Below, in pieces: positions 11,677-22,096 of a stretch of 64,000 nucleotides of DNA. The notes under the pieces were generated by a model. The model had not been told where the DNA came from. It searched no databases and saw only the letters and a list, made by a program, of their open reading frames with translations. Source of the DNA: Xanthobacteraceae bacterium (GTDB lineage Bacteria > Pseudomonadota > Alphaproteobacteria > Rhizobiales > Xanthobacteraceae); assembly GCA_035693615.1 (NCBI GenBank), contig DASSGH010000051.1, forward strand, positions 12,608 through 76,607. The letters are read 5' to 3'. Numbering within the stretch: the stretch's first letter is position 1; every line of letters begins with the position of its first letter. Made by a program: the position numbers and the translations under genes.

Positions 11677-12231
11677 ATGAGCTGGATCGACCAACGCCCC
11701 GATGACGCGATGGACGGCGCATTCACCGCGGTCGGGCCCGAGCCTGTGCGCACGGTCGAGCCGGGCGTGTTCCGCGAGGCGATGAGCCGGCTCGGCGCCG
11801 CCGTCCACGTCATCACCACCGCCGGCCCCGGCGGCAAGGCCGGCACCACGGCGACCGCGGTCTGCTCGGTCTCGGACGCGCCTCCGACGCTCCTCGTCTG
11901 TCTCAACCGCCGCAGCCAGACCAATCCGCTCGTGGTGGAGAACGGGGTGTTTTGCGTCAACACGTTGGGCCACGATGGCGCCGACATCGCCGACATTTTC
12001 GCCGGCCGCACAGGCGTTGCCGGCGGCGATCGGTTTGCGAGCGGAGAGTGGCTGACGCTCTCGACCGGCAGCCCGGTGCTCGCCTCGGCGGTGATGGCGT
12101 TCGACTGCCGCATCATCGAGGTGCGCTCGGTCGGCAGCCATAACGTGTTCTTCGGGGCGGTCGAAACCGTCCGCGCCGGGCCCGGCGGTCCGGCGCTCGT
12201 GTACCACGATCGCGCCTACAAGCAGGTATGA
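11677..12231 (+). CDS. hpaC: flavin reductase (HpaC-like reductase component)
   Basis: 184 aa, 6 nt downstream of hpaB. FREAMSRLGAAVHVITT...C.NTL is the flavin reductase domain pattern. Confidence 0.8.
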   Translation: MSWIDQRPDDAMDGAFTAVGPEPVRTVEPGVFREAMSRLGAAVHVITTAGPGGKAGTTATAVCSVSDAPPTLLVCLNRRSQTNPLVVENGVFCVNTLGHDGADIADIFAGRTGVAGGDRFASGEWLTLSTGSPVLASAVMAFDCRIIEVRSVGSHNVFFGAVETVRAGPGGPALVYHDRAYKQV

Positions 12232-12342
12232 GGCGCCCGCGCCGCCGCGGCGCCACCTCGGCTTGTCCGATTGATGTGCATGGCGGCGGCCCGAGCCTTC
12301 GGTGCACGTTTTCTCGGCGTGCGAGCTGTTTTATGATTTTGC

Positions 12343-13233
12343 ATGGCCACGGCTGCGCTTCCGCTCTTTCATCTCTATGGCGATCCGCCTGACGATCAGG
12401 CCTTCGATTTCATTCATATTGAGACCATTGCCTCGCGCTCCTCGGTCCACGACTGGACGATCCGCGCACACCGCCACCGCAACCTGTTCCAGATTCTGTT
12501 GATCGAACGCGGCGGCGGCGAGATGACCTTCGAAGCCGCCACGATTGGCTTCGATGCGCCGTGCGCAATTCTCGTCCCCGCCACCGTCGCGCATGGCTTC
12601 CGTTTCCGCCCGGCTGTCACCGACGGCTGGGTCATGACTTTCACCGAGGATGTCGCGGAGGCGATGGGCGATCGCCGGGGTGAAGCGCTCGCGCGCCTCA
12701 AGGGGCTCGCGGCCGAGCCGGTGGTGCCGCTCGGCGAGCCCGAGCGCGCCCGCCTTTGCAAGCTCGCCGTCGAACTGCACGAGGAGCGCTTTCTCGCGCG
12801 CGCGGGCTTTCGTATCGCCATGCGCGGACTGCTCGCCCTGATCGCCGTCGAGGTCGCGCGCTTGGCGGCGAGCCGCGCCCGCGCTGGCGCCGACGCGATC
12901 GCGCTGGAGCCGACCGGTGCGACCGTGGACGCGCTACGCAAGCTCGTCGAGGAGCACTTCCACAAAGAGCGGCAGCTCGCCTTCTATGCCGACAAGCTCG
13001 CCATGACGGTCGATCGCCTCAACGATCACGTCAAGCGCGCGACCGGCGTCACCGCCGGCCATTTGATCCGTCAACGCGTGCTCACCGAGGCCAAACGCCA
13101 GCTCGTGTTCACCAGCCAGCCGATTCACGAGATCGCCTACGATCTCGCCTTCTCCGACCCGTCCCACTTCGCCCGCTTCTTCCGTAAGCAAACGGGAACG
13201 ACGCCGCACGAGTTTCGCGCCGCGCGGGGGTAG
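12343..13233 (+). CDS. AraC family transcriptional regulator
   Basis: 296 aa with an N-terminal cupin-like sensing part and a C-terminal double HTH (AYDLAFSDPSHFARFFRKQTGTTPHEFR). Confidence 0.85.
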   Translation: MATAALPLFHLYGDPPDDQAFDFIHIETIASRSSVHDWTIRAHRHRNLFQILLIERGGGEMTFEAATIGFDAPCAILVPATVAHGFRFRPAVTDGWVMTFTEDVAEAMGDRRGEALARLKGLAAEPVVPLGEPERARLCKLAVELHEERFLARAGFRIAMRGLLALIAVEVARLAASRARAGADAIALEPTGATVDALRKLVEEHFHKERQLAFYADKLAMTVDRLNDHVKRATGVTAGHLIRQRVLTEAKRQLVFTSQPIHEIAYDLAFSDPSHFARFFRKQTGTTPHEFRAARG

Positions 13234-13240
13234 ACCGAAA

Positions 13241-14035
13241 TCAGGAAGGCCCCGATCTGTCGAGCAAGAATCCCAGCACCGCCTTGGTATAGGCGTCCGC
13301 CTGCTCGACATTGGAAATGTGCGCCGCCTCGAGAACCGTATATCGCGCGCCGGGAATATGGTTCTTGATGTATTCGTTCGCCTCGGGCGGCGTGGCCGGA
13401 TCGTACTTGCCGGCAATGACCAGCGTCGGCGCGTTGATCTTCGGCAACAGGTTGCGGTGATCCATGTCCCGCACCGCCTCGCCGCAGGCGAGATAGCCGT
13501 CGAGCGGCGTTGCGGCGAACATCTCGCGCAGCCAGGCGACCTTCTCCGGCGCGCGTTCGCGAAATTGCTTGGTGAACCAGCGCTCCATGTTCGCCGCGGC
13601 GAATGCGGCAACGCCCTTTTCGCGCACGAGCTTGAGACGATCGTTCCACGCCGTCTTGTCGGCAAAATAGCTGGACGTATTCGTGAGCACGAGCCGTTCG
13701 ACACGCTCGGGAGCGTTCGCCCCGAGCCATTGCCCGACCATGCCGCCCATGGACAGCCCGCACCAGTTGATCCGTTTGATGCCGAGCGCGTCGAGCACGG
13801 CGAGAACGTCGCGGCCGAGGCGCTCCATGGTGTAGGGGCCTTTGGGCACGCCGGAGCGGCCGTGACCGCGCCGGTCATAGCGCACGAGACGAAAGTGCTG
13901 CGTGAACGGCGCAACCTGGCGATCCCACATGTTGAGCGTGGTGCCGAGCGAATTCGACAGCATGAGCACGGGCGCGCGTTCCGGGCCCTCGACTTCGACG
14001 TAGATCGGACAGCCGTCGGCATTGACGTTGGGCAT
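13241..14035 (-). CDS. pcaD: alpha/beta hydrolase, 3-oxoadipate enol-lactonase-like
   Basis: The ATG at 14033-14035 is preceded by GAGGGAG. The product begins MPNVNADGCPIYVEVEGPERAPVLMLSNSLGT, has the nucleophile elbow GLSMGG, and its 264-aa length fits PcaD. Confidence 0.7.
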   Translation of the reverse strand: MPNVNADGCPIYVEVEGPERAPVLMLSNSLGTTLNMWDRQVAPFTQHFRLVRYDRRGHGRSGVPKGPYTMERLGRDVLAVLDALGIKRINWCGLSMGGMVGQWLGANAPERVERLVLTNTSSYFADKTAWNDRLKLVREKGVAAFAAANMERWFTKQFRERAPEKVAWLREMFAATPLDGYLACGEAVRDMDHRNLLPKINAPTLVIAGKYDPATPPEANEYIKNHIPGARYTVLEAAHISNVEQADAYTKAVLGFLLDRSGPS

Positions 14036-14196
14036 GGTGGCTCCCTCGGCGATGTTGCGCGCGACACTTTCTAGCTGCCGGCAAACGGCGCGCCAATCCC
14101 GCACGGCGCGCGACCCATGACGAAAGCACTTTGCCCGTAACCCGGCGACGCTTTATACCCGGATGATCGGATCGCCGCGAACGACGGAGAAGGCCG

Positions 14197-14649
14197 ATGG
14201 CGATGACCATGAATGGGCAAGTCCAATTGCCTGCCAGCCGCGAGGTGGTATGGGCCAAGCTCAACGACCCGGAAGTGCTCAAGAGCTGCATTCCGGGCAG
14301 CGAGCAGCTCGACCGAATTGCCGAGAACGAGTTTCAAGCCGTCGCCACCGTCAAAGTCGGGCCGGTCAAGGCGCGCTGGAAGGGCAAGGTTCGTCTTTCT
14401 GATCTCGATCCGCCGAACAGCTATCGCATCTCCGGCGAAGGGGAAGGCGGCGCCGTCGGCTTCGCCAAAGGCGGCGCCAAAGTGTCGCTCAGCGACAAAG
14501 ACGGCGGCACGCTGCTCACCTATGACGTTGAGGCGCAGATCGGCGGCAAGCTCGCCCAACTCGGCCAGCGTCTGATCAACAGCGCGGCGAAAAAGACCGC
14601 CGACGACTTCTTCGCCAAGTTCGCGGCGGCGGTGACGCAGCCGAGCTGA
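14197..14649 (+). CDS. coxG: SRPBCC-fold CoxG family protein (carbon monoxide dehydrogenase subunit G-like)
   Basis: 150 aa. VWAKLNDPEVLKSCIPG...KVGPVKARW.G matches the CoxG pattern. It sits directly upstream of coxSLM. Confidence 0.8.
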   Translation: MAMTMNGQVQLPASREVVWAKLNDPEVLKSCIPGSEQLDRIAENEFQAVATVKVGPVKARWKGKVRLSDLDPPNSYRISGEGEGGAVGFAKGGAKVSLSDKDGGTLLTYDVEAQIGGKLAQLGQRLINSAAKKTADDFFAKFAAAVTQPS

Positions 14650-14821
14650 CGCTCCCGCTGCCGCCCGATCGGCTGTGTCCGACGCCCTTGACCGGCGGTG
14701 CGCCGCAGGTTCAGAGTCGACTTGTTCGAATGTAGGTCCCCGGGCAAAATCGCCGCGATTTTGACCCGATCCGCCGCCGGTTTCCCCGGCCGGTGCGAAA
14801 AATGATTTCGAGGAGGAAGGC

Positions 14822-15313
14822 ATGACCGCCGTCGCATTGACGGTGAACGGTAAACCCGTCACCGGTGACGTCGATCCGCGCACGCTTCTGGTGCAATTCC
14901 TGCGCGAGAACCTGCGGCTGACCGGCACCCATGTGGGCTGCGACACCTCGCAGTGCGGCGCCTGCGTGGTGCACGTCGACGGCAAGGCGGTCAAAGCCTG
15001 CACCGTCTTCGTCTGGCAGATCGAGGGAGCGAACGTCACGACCATCGAGGGCCTTGCCGACCCGAACGGACCGCTCCACCCGATGCAAGAGGCCTTCCGC
15101 GAACATCACGGGTTGCAATGCGGCTACTGCACCCCGGGCATGATTATGACCGCGGTCGACATGGTCAATCGCAAGGGCCACGAGCTCGACGATCCCACCA
15201 TTCGCCACGAGCTCGAGGGTAATCTCTGCCGCTGCACCGGCTACCATAACATCGTGAAGGCCATCGCGGCCGGCGCCAAGGCGATGAAAGGACACGTGCA
15301 GCAGCAAGCTTGA
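14822..15313 (+). CDS. coxS: (2Fe-2S)-binding small subunit of a xanthine dehydrogenase/CO dehydrogenase family enzyme
   Basis: 163 aa with the [11 protein letters not shown] and [11 protein letters not shown]...CRCTGY iron-sulfur motifs. Confidence 0.9.
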   Translation: MTAVALTVNGKPVTGDVDPRTLLVQFLRENLRLTGTHVGCDTSQCGACVVHVDGKAVKACTVFVWQIEGANVTTIEGLADPNGPLHPMQEAFREHHGLQCGYCTPGMIMTAVDMVNRKGHELDDPTIRHELEGNLCRCTGYHNIVKAIAAGAKAMKGHVQQQA

Positions 15314-15343
15314 GCGGAGCGCGGGCCTCAGGAGGAGATCGCC

Positions 15344-17710
15344 ATGAACGCGACGGGAATCGGCGCGGCGGTCCGCCGCAAAGAGGATCAACGCTTCGTG
15401 ACGGGCAAGGGCCATTACACCGATGACGTCAATCGTCCGGGCCAATGCCACGCCTACTTCCTGCGCTCGCCCCACGCCCATGCCAGGATCAAGAACGTCG
15501 AAACCAAGGCGGCTGCGGCGATGCCGGGCGTGCTTGCCGTGCTTACCGGCGCCGAGCTTGCGGCCGACAAGATCGGCAACCTCATTTGCGGCTGGATGAT
15601 CACGTCCAAGGACGGCTCGCAAATGAAGATGGCGGCGCATCCGGCGATCGCCCACGGCAAGGCGAATTATGTCGGCGACCCGGTTGCCGTGGTCGTCGCC
15701 GAGACGCTGGCCCAGGCGAAAGACGCTGCCGAGAAGGTCAACGTCGACTACGAGCTATTGACGGCGCTCGCCGATCCAGCCAAGGCGCAGAGCGAGGGCG
15801 CGCCGCAAATCCACGAAATCGCCGCGCGCAACACCATCTACCAATGGCACCTCGGCGAGGCCAAGGCGGTCGAGGCCGCGTTCAAGTCGGCCAAGCACGT
15901 GACCAGGCTTGATTTCATCAACAATCGTCTGGTGCCGAATGCGATCGAGCCGCGCGCCGCCATCGGCGAATACGATTCCGGCTCCGAGAGCCTGACGCTG
16001 TGGAACACGACGCAGAACCCGCATGTGGCGCGCCTGGTGATGTCCGCCTTCGTCGGTCTCGCGCCCGAGCACAAGCTGCGGGTGATCGCGCCCGACGTCG
16101 GCGGTGGCTTCGGCTCGAAGATTTTCATCTATCCGGAGGAGGTCGTGTGCCTGTGGGCGGCGCGCAAAGTTGGCCGGCCGGTGAAATGGGTGGCGGAGCG
16201 CTCCGAAGCCTTCCTCACCGACGCACACGGGCGCGACCATGTCACGCACGCGGAGATGGCATTCGATGCCGAGGGCAAGGCCACGGCGTTGCGCGTGAAA
16301 ACGATCGCCAATCTCGGCGCCTATATGTCGACGTTCTCCTCATCGGTGCCGACCTATCTTTACGGCACGCTGCTGTCGGGCCAATACGAAATTCCGGCGA
16401 TCTATTGCGAGGTGGACGCGGTCTACACCAACACCGTGCCGGTCGACGCTTATCGCGGCGCCGGGCGGCCGGAGGCAACCTTCGTGGTCGAGCGCCTGAT
16501 GGAGGTCGGCGCGCGCGAGATGGGCATCGATCCGGCCGACCTGCGCAAGAAGAACTTCATCAAGAACTTCCCGCATCAGACGCCGGTGATCATGACTTAT
16601 GACGCGGGCGACTATCACGCCTCGCTAAAGAAAGCGCTGGAGGTCGCCGACTATGGCGGGTTCGGCAAGCGCAAGCGTGAATCCGCCCGCCATGACAAGC
16701 TGCGCGGCATCGGCTTTTCGACCTATATCGAGGCTTGCGGCATCGCGCCCAGCCAAGCCGTCGGCTCGCTCGGCTGCGGCGTGGGGCTGTGGGAATCGGC
16801 CGAGGTGCGCGTCAATCCCACCGGCTCCGTCGAAGTCCTTACCGGCTGTCACCAGCACGGGCAGGGCCATGAGACGACCTTCGCGCAGGTCGTCTCCGAA
16901 CGGCTCGGCATTCCCCTCGAGAACGTCAGCGTCGTGCATGGGGATACCGACAAGGTGCAATTCGGCATGGGGACCTATGGCTCCCGCTCGGGCGCGGTCG
17001 GTATCTCCGCCATCGTCAAGGCGCTCGACAAGATCGAGGCGAAGGCGAAGAAAGTTGCCGCGCATATGCTCGAGGCGGCCGAGGGCGACATCGTGTTTGC
17101 GGACGGCAAGTTCACCGTCGCCGGCACCGACAAGTCGGCGGCTTGGGGCGAGGTCGCGCTCAATGCCTATATCGCCCACAAATTTGCTGGGCAGGAGCTG
17201 GAGCCGGGCTTGAAGGAAGGTGCCTTTTACGATCCCACCAACTTCACGTTTCCGGCCGGCTGTCACATCTGCGAGGTCGAGGTCGATCCGCAGACCGGCG
17301 AAAGCGAGATCGTGGCTTGGACCGCGGTCGACGATTTCGGCACGGTGATCAATCCGATGATCGTCGAGGGACAGGTCCACGGCGGCATCGCGCAGGGCGT
17401 TGGCCAGGCGCTGCTCGAGGGCGCGGTCTATGACAAGGACGGCCAGCTCGTCACCGGCTCGCTGATGGATTACTGCATGCCGCGGGCGCATGATCTGCCC
17501 GCGCTCAAGGTTGAGATGACCCGCACGCTGTCGCCATCGAACCCGCTGGGAATCAAAGGCTGCGGCGAGGCCGGCGCCATCGCCGCGCCGGTTGCCGTCA
17601 TCAACGCCATCACCAATGCCATCGGCAGCGAAGATTTGGCCATGCCGGCAACCGCGCAGGCGGTGTGGCAGGCACTGCAAAAGACCCAGGACAGACGCAA
17701 AGCGGCATAG
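15344..17710 (+). CDS. coxL: molybdopterin-binding large subunit, form II CoxL-like
   Basis: 788 aa. The active-site loop reads AYRGAGR (16448-16468), which is the form II signature rather than the form I AYxCSFR. Confidence 0.9.
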   Translation: MNATGIGAAVRRKEDQRFVTGKGHYTDDVNRPGQCHAYFLRSPHAHARIKNVETKAAAAMPGVLAVLTGAELAADKIGNLICGWMITSKDGSQMKMAAHPAIAHGKANYVGDPVAVVVAETLAQAKDAAEKVNVDYELLTALADPAKAQSEGAPQIHEIAARNTIYQWHLGEAKAVEAAFKSAKHVTRLDFINNRLVPNAIEPRAAIGEYDSGSESLTLWNTTQNPHVARLVMSAFVGLAPEHKLRVIAPDVGGGFGSKIFIYPEEVVCLWAARKVGRPVKWVAERSEAFLTDAHGRDHVTHAEMAFDAEGKATALRVKTIANLGAYMSTFSSSVPTYLYGTLLSGQYEIPAIYCEVDAVYTNTVPVDAYRGAGRPEATFVVERLMEVGAREMGIDPADLRKKNFIKNFPHQTPVIMTYDAGDYHASLKKALEVADYGGFGKRKRESARHDKLRGIGFSTYIEACGIAPSQAVGSLGCGVGLWESAEVRVNPTGSVEVLTGCHQHGQGHETTFAQVVSERLGIPLENVSVVHGDTDKVQFGMGTYGSRSGAVGISAIVKALDKIEAKAKKVAAHMLEAAEGDIVFADGKFTVAGTDKSAAWGEVALNAYIAHKFAGQELEPGLKEGAFYDPTNFTFPAGCHICEVEVDPQTGESEIVAWTAVDDFGTVINPMIVEGQVHGGIAQGVGQALLEGAVYDKDGQLVTGSLMDYCMPRAHDLPALKVEMTRTLSPSNPLGIKGCGEAGAIAAPVAVINAITNAIGSEDLAMPATAQAVWQALQKTQDRRKAA

Positions 17711-17721
17711 GAGCGGTCACA

Positions 17722-18519
17722 ATGTATGCATTCACCCAACACCGGCCGGCAACCGTGCGGCAGGCGGCGAGCTTGCTGGCCAAGCAAGAGGAAGCCAAGC
17801 TGCTCGCCGGCGGCCACACGCTCATTCCAACCATGAAGTTGCGGCTCGCCGGGCCGAAGCATCTCGTCGACCTGTCGAAGGTCGAAGGGTTGAGCGGCAT
17901 CGAAATGAAAGGCCGTTCGCTCACCATCGGTGCGATGACCACCCACGTCGAGGTCCAGACCTCGCCGGTCGTGCGCGAAAACATTCCGGCGCTGGCCGAG
18001 CTTGCCGGCAAGATCGGCGACCCGGCGGTGCGTCATCGCGGCACCATCGGCGGCTCGCTCGCCAACAACGATCCCAATGCCGATTATCCCGCGGCTGCGC
18101 TCGGTCTGGGCGCCACCATCATCACCAACAAGCGGCGCATTCCCGCCGACGAATTCTTCAAGGGCCTGTTTGAGACGGCGCTCGAAGCGGACGAAATCGT
18201 CACCAAGGTGCAGTTCCCGAAAGTCAACAAGGCGGCCTATGTGAAGTTTCCCAACCCGGCCTCGCGCTATGCGCTGGTCGGCGTATTCGTCTCGAAGCGC
18301 AGTTCGGAGATCCGCGTCGCGGTCACTGGCGCGGGCGCGAACGGCGTGTTCCGCTTGACCGCCTTCGAGGAGGCGCTCAAGAAGCGCTTCGGGGCGAAGT
18401 CGCTCGAGGGATTGACGGTGCCGGCCGACGGCATGGCCAGCGATATCCACGGCAGCGCCGAATATCGCGCGCACCTCATCGCTGTGTTGGCGCGCCGGGC
18501 AGTCGCGGCGGCGGGCTGA
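17722..18519 (+). CDS. coxM: FAD-binding medium subunit (CoxM-like)
   Basis: The ATG at 17722 follows the coxL stop by 11 nt. The product begins MYAFTQHRPATVRQAA...LLAGGHTLIPTMK, the FAD-binding PCMH-type pattern. Confidence 0.85.
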   Translation: MYAFTQHRPATVRQAASLLAKQEEAKLLAGGHTLIPTMKLRLAGPKHLVDLSKVEGLSGIEMKGRSLTIGAMTTHVEVQTSPVVRENIPALAELAGKIGDPAVRHRGTIGGSLANNDPNADYPAAALGLGATIITNKRRIPADEFFKGLFETALEADEIVTKVQFPKVNKAAYVKFPNPASRYALVGVFVSKRSSEIRVAVTGAGANGVFRLTAFEEALKKRFGAKSLEGLTVPADGMASDIHGSAEYRAHLIAVLARRAVAAAG

Positions 18520-18615
18520 TCGATCCCGAGGCGGCAAAACCACCTGGTTCGAAGCGCTGATTGCTGAACCCCGAACGCGCCCCTCATCTGCGTTCTTGGC
18601 AGGACAAGCGCGGCG

Positions 18616-19566
18616 GTGAGAGGCTATAAGCTCGGCGTGATGATAGCGCCGCCGCGTTCACTACCCGACTCAATCGACGCCACGCTCGATCTGCTTGCGG
18701 CGGCCAATTATCTGGCCGACCGCTCGCTCGCGACCGTGCTGTTCCTCGCGCTGAAGATGGGCCGGCCCTTGTTTCTCGAAGGCGAAGCGGGCGTGGGCAA
18801 GACCGAGATCGCCAAGGTCTTGTCCTCGACGCTGGGCCGCCGCCTCATCCGCCTGCAATGCTACGAGGGTCTCGACGTCTCGGCGGCGGTCTACGAGTGG
18901 AACTACGCCGCGCAAATGATCGCAATCCGCGTCGCCGAGGCCGAGGGCGCCCACGACCGCGAGCGGCTCGAGCACGACGTCTTCTCCGAGCGTTTTCTGA
19001 TCAAGCGGCCGCTGCTACAGGCGCTCGAGCCGGATCCGGCCGGCGCGCCGGTACTGCTGATCGACGAGCTTGATCGCGCCGACGAAGCGTTCGAAGCCTT
19101 CCTTTTGGAGGTGCTCGCCGATTTCCAGGTCACGATTCCGGAGCTCGGCACCGTGAAGGCGGGGGAGCCGCCGATCGTGGTGATCACGTCGAATCGCACG
19201 CGGGAAATTCACGACGCGCTCAAACGCCGCTGTCTCTACCACTGGGTCGGCTACCCGGCGGCCGAGCGCGAATTGAACATCGTGCGGGCCAAGGTCCCGG
19301 GAATCGGCAACACCTTGTCAGAGCAGGTCGTGCATTTCGTTCAGGCGTTGCGCAGGGAGGACCTGTTCAAGGCGCCCGGAGTTGCCGAGACGCTCGACTG
19401 GGCGGCCGCGCTCGCCGAGCTCGACGTGGCGGCGCTCGATCCACTTACCGTTTCGGACACGCTCGGCGTATTGCTCAAATACCAGGACGACATCGCGCGC
19501 ATCCAAGGCGGCAAGGTGAAGGAGCTCATCGACGAGGGGCGCGCGCAGCTGCGTGCGGCGGAGTGA
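18616..19566 (+). CDS. coxD: MoxR-family AAA+ ATPase (CoxD-like maturation factor)
   Basis: Walker A GEAGVGKT and Walker B LLIDELDRA. The start is uncertain (GTG 18616 or ATG 18640). Confidence 0.85.
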   Translation: MRGYKLGVMIAPPRSLPDSIDATLDLLAAANYLADRSLATVLFLALKMGRPLFLEGEAGVGKTEIAKVLSSTLGRRLIRLQCYEGLDVSAAVYEWNYAAQMIAIRVAEAEGAHDRERLEHDVFSERFLIKRPLLQALEPDPAGAPVLLIDELDRADEAFEAFLLEVLADFQVTIPELGTVKAGEPPIVVITSNRTREIHDALKRRCLYHWVGYPAAERELNIVRAKVPGIGNTLSEQVVHFVQALRREDLFKAPGVAETLDWAAALAELDVAALDPLTVSDTLGVLLKYQDDIARIQGGKVKELIDEGRAQLRAAE

Positions 19567-19593
19567 CGAGGGCAGCGCGCAGGCAGGAATGCT

Positions 19594-20877
19594 ATGAATC
19601 CATGCGGGTCATTTGCCCATCGGCCGGTGCTCGCGCCCGAGGATGTCCGCGGCGCCGCCGCTGCGGGAACCGAAGCGCCGCGCGCAGCTGGTCGGCTCGC
19701 CGAAAACATCGTCCACTTCGCGCGCGCGCTTCGCGCGGCCGGCATTCCGGTCGGACCGGGCGCGGTGATGGACGCGCTCGCCGCGGTCGCGGCGGCGGGT
19801 GTGGGCACGCGCGCAGACTTCTATTGGACGCTGCATGCGGTGTTGGTGAAACGCCACGAGCACTCGCTCATCTTCGACCAGGCGTTTCGCATCTTTTTCC
19901 GCCGCCGCGGTCTGCTCGACAGGCTGCTCGCGGCGATGCTGCCGCAGGCGCCCTCGGCCGAAGACGAGAAGGCGCCGCCGGGCGCGCAGCGCATCCAGGA
20001 GGCGCTGCTCTCGGGTGTGGCAGAAGCCGAGCGCAAGCCGCCGCAGCTCGAAGTCGACGCGCGCCTCACCGTGTCAGACCGCGAGGTGCTGCAGAAGAAG
20101 GATTTCGCGCAGATGACCGCGGCCGAGATCGCCGCCGCCAAAGACGCGATCAAGCGCCTGGTACTTTCGCTTGATGCGGTGAAAACGCGGCGTCTCGCAC
20201 CGCATCGCCACGGCCACCTGGTCGACATCCGCCGCACGTTGCGGGCGAGCCTCAAGGCCGGCGGCGCGGTGATCGACCTCAAATATCTCGGGCCGCGCTC
20301 GAAGTTGCCGCCGATCGTGGCGCTGCTCGATATCTCCGGCTCGATGAGCCAGTACACGCGCCTGTTCCTGCATTTCCTGCACGCGGTGACCGATGCCCGC
20401 AAGCGCGTCCACACGTTCTTGTTCGGCACCCGGTTGACCAACGTCACGCGCGCGCTCAAGGCCAAGGACCCCGATGAGGCGCTTGCCGCGGTCGGGGCGA
20501 ACGTCGCGGACTGGTCGGGCGGCACGCGCATCGCGACCTCGCTGCACGCGTTCAACAAGCTATGGGCGCGCCGCGTGCTCACCCAGGGCGCCATCGTGCT
20601 GCTGATTACGGACGGTCTCGAGCGCGACCCGGACGACCGGCTCGGCTTCGAAATCGACCGGCTGCACCGCTCCTGCCGCAGGCTGATCTGGCTCAATCCT
20701 CTGCTGCGGTTCTCCGGCTTCGAAGCCAAGGCCAAGGGCATTCGCACCATGGTGCCGCACGTCGACGAACTGCGGCCGATCCATAATTTGGAGTCGATGC
20801 AGGACTTGGTGCGCGCACTCTCCGCGAGCGGCGGGCGCGGCGGCGATCCAAAGACGTGGCTGGACAAGGTGGCATGA
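19594..20877 (+). CDS. coxE: VWA domain-containing CoxE-like protein
   Basis: 427 aa with a C-terminal VWA MIDAS motif (LLDISGSM), placed after coxD as in cox clusters. Confidence 0.8.
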   Translation: MNPCGSFAHRPVLAPEDVRGAAAAGTEAPRAAGRLAENIVHFARALRAAGIPVGPGAVMDALAAVAAAGVGTRADFYWTLHAVLVKRHEHSLIFDQAFRIFFRRRGLLDRLLAAMLPQAPSAEDEKAPPGAQRIQEALLSGVAEAERKPPQLEVDARLTVSDREVLQKKDFAQMTAAEIAAAKDAIKRLVLSLDAVKTRRLAPHRHGHLVDIRRTLRASLKAGGAVIDLKYLGPRSKLPPIVALLDISGSMSQYTRLFLHFLHAVTDARKRVHTFLFGTRLTNVTRALKAKDPDEALAAVGANVADWSGGTRIATSLHAFNKLWARRVLTQGAIVLLITDGLERDPDDRLGFEIDRLHRSCRRLIWLNPLLRFSGFEAKAKGIRTMVPHVDELRPIHNLESMQDLVRALSASGGRGGDPKTWLDKVA

Positions 20878-20989
20878 CGGTTATTGCCCGGCGGGCGCGG
20901 ACGATCCATCTATAGCTAGCGAAACCGGAAGGGCGCGATGATTGCTCTTCCTTCGCGCTTTACTGCCCCCGGTGAGCATGGAGGTGCAC

Positions 20990-21313
20990 ATGTTGGCGCG
21001 CGATGAGGACATCCTGCGGGCGGCCGAGGACTGGCGGGCGAAGGGCCGCGGGGTCGCGCTCGCGACCGTGGTCGAGACCTGGGGGTCGGCGCCGCGGCCT
21101 GTGGGCTCGAACCTGGTGATCGACGATGAAGGCAATTTCCTCGGCAGCGTCTCCGGCGGCTGCGTCGAGGGCGCGGTGGTCACCGAGGCGCTCGACGTGA
21201 TCGAGAGCGGCAAGCCGAAGACGATCGAATTCGGCGTTGCCGACGAGACCGCGTGGAAGGTGGGGCTCTCCTGCGGTGGCACCATTCGTGTCTATGTGGA
21301 GAAGGTGGAGTAG
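20990..21313 (+). CDS. XdhC/CoxI family protein, N-terminal-domain-only polypeptide
   Basis: MLARDEDILRAAEDWRAKGRGVALATVVETWGSAPRPVGS...GSVSGGCVEGAV is the XdhC_CoxI domain. The start is either 20942 or 20990. Confidence 0.75.
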   Translation: MLARDEDILRAAEDWRAKGRGVALATVVETWGSAPRPVGSNLVIDDEGNFLGSVSGGCVEGAVVTEALDVIESGKPKTIEFGVADETAWKVGLSCGGTIRVYVEKVE

Positions 21314-21403
21314 GAGCATGCACGTGCCGCATGCTCGACGTACCTCACCCTCGACCCTGCCCCGCAAGGCGGGAGGGGACCGACTGAGAGTGGGGGAAGG
21401 GGC

Positions 21404-22096
21404 ATGAAGCTCGAGATCCTCAGAGCGCTCAATGCCGAGCGTGCGGCGCGTCGCGCCGCCGTCGTCGTCACCGACGTGACGAGCGGCCAGCAGCGTCTGG
21501 TCAAGGCGGCCGAGGTCGCGCGCGATCCGCTCAAAGACGTCATCGAGAAGCAGATCCGGCGCGGCAACAGCGCCATGGTGGAGACGCCCGCAGGCAAGGT
21601 TTTTCTCACCGTGCACGTTCCGCCGTCCCAGCTCGTCATCACCGGCGCCGTGCACATCAGCCAGGCGCTCGCACCGATGGCGCGTCTCGTCGGCTATGAC
21701 GTGACGATCGTCGATCCGCGCACCGCCTTCGCCTCGATCGAGCGCTTCCCGGACGTGAAGGTGATCGCGGAATGGCCCGATGTCGCGTTGCCGCCGCTCG
21801 GCGTCGACCGCTACACCGCCTTCGTGGCGCTCACGCACGATCCGAAGATCGATGACCCGGCGCTCACCCATGCGCTCGCGCGCGACTGCTTTTACATCGG
21901 CGCGCTGGGCTCGAAGAAGACGCACGCCCGCCGCATCGAACGGCTCAAGGCGCAGGGCTTGTCGGATGATGCGCTTGCGCGCATCCACGCGCCGATCGGC
22001 CTTGCCATCGGCGCGGTCTCCCCGGCCGAGATCGCCGTCGCCATCATGGGCGAGATCACGGCGCAGCTGCGGCAGTCTCCGGAGACGCGCGCATGA
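21404..22096 (+). CDS. XdhC family protein, Rossmann-like C-terminal domain polypeptide
   Basis: 230 aa. LVITGAVHISQALAPMARLVGYDVTIVDPR...ALTHDPKIDDPAL...ALGSKKTH is the XdhC_C pattern. Confidence 0.8.
   Translation: MKLEILRALNAERAARRAAVVVTDVTSGQQRLVKAAEVARDPLKDVIEKQIRRGNSAMVETPAGKVFLTVHVPPSQLVITGAVHISQALAPMARLVGYDVTIVDPRTAFASIERFPDVKVIAEWPDVALPPLGVDRYTAFVALTHDPKIDDPALTHALARDCFYIGALGSKKTHARRIERLKAQGLSDDALARIHAPIGLAIGAVSPAEIAVAIMGEITAQLRQSPETRA

Noticed and set aside
9808-12207. Minus-strand ORFs 9808-10740 and 10930-12207
   Set aside because: They are antisense to hpaB and hpaC. They have no motifs and a biased composition.
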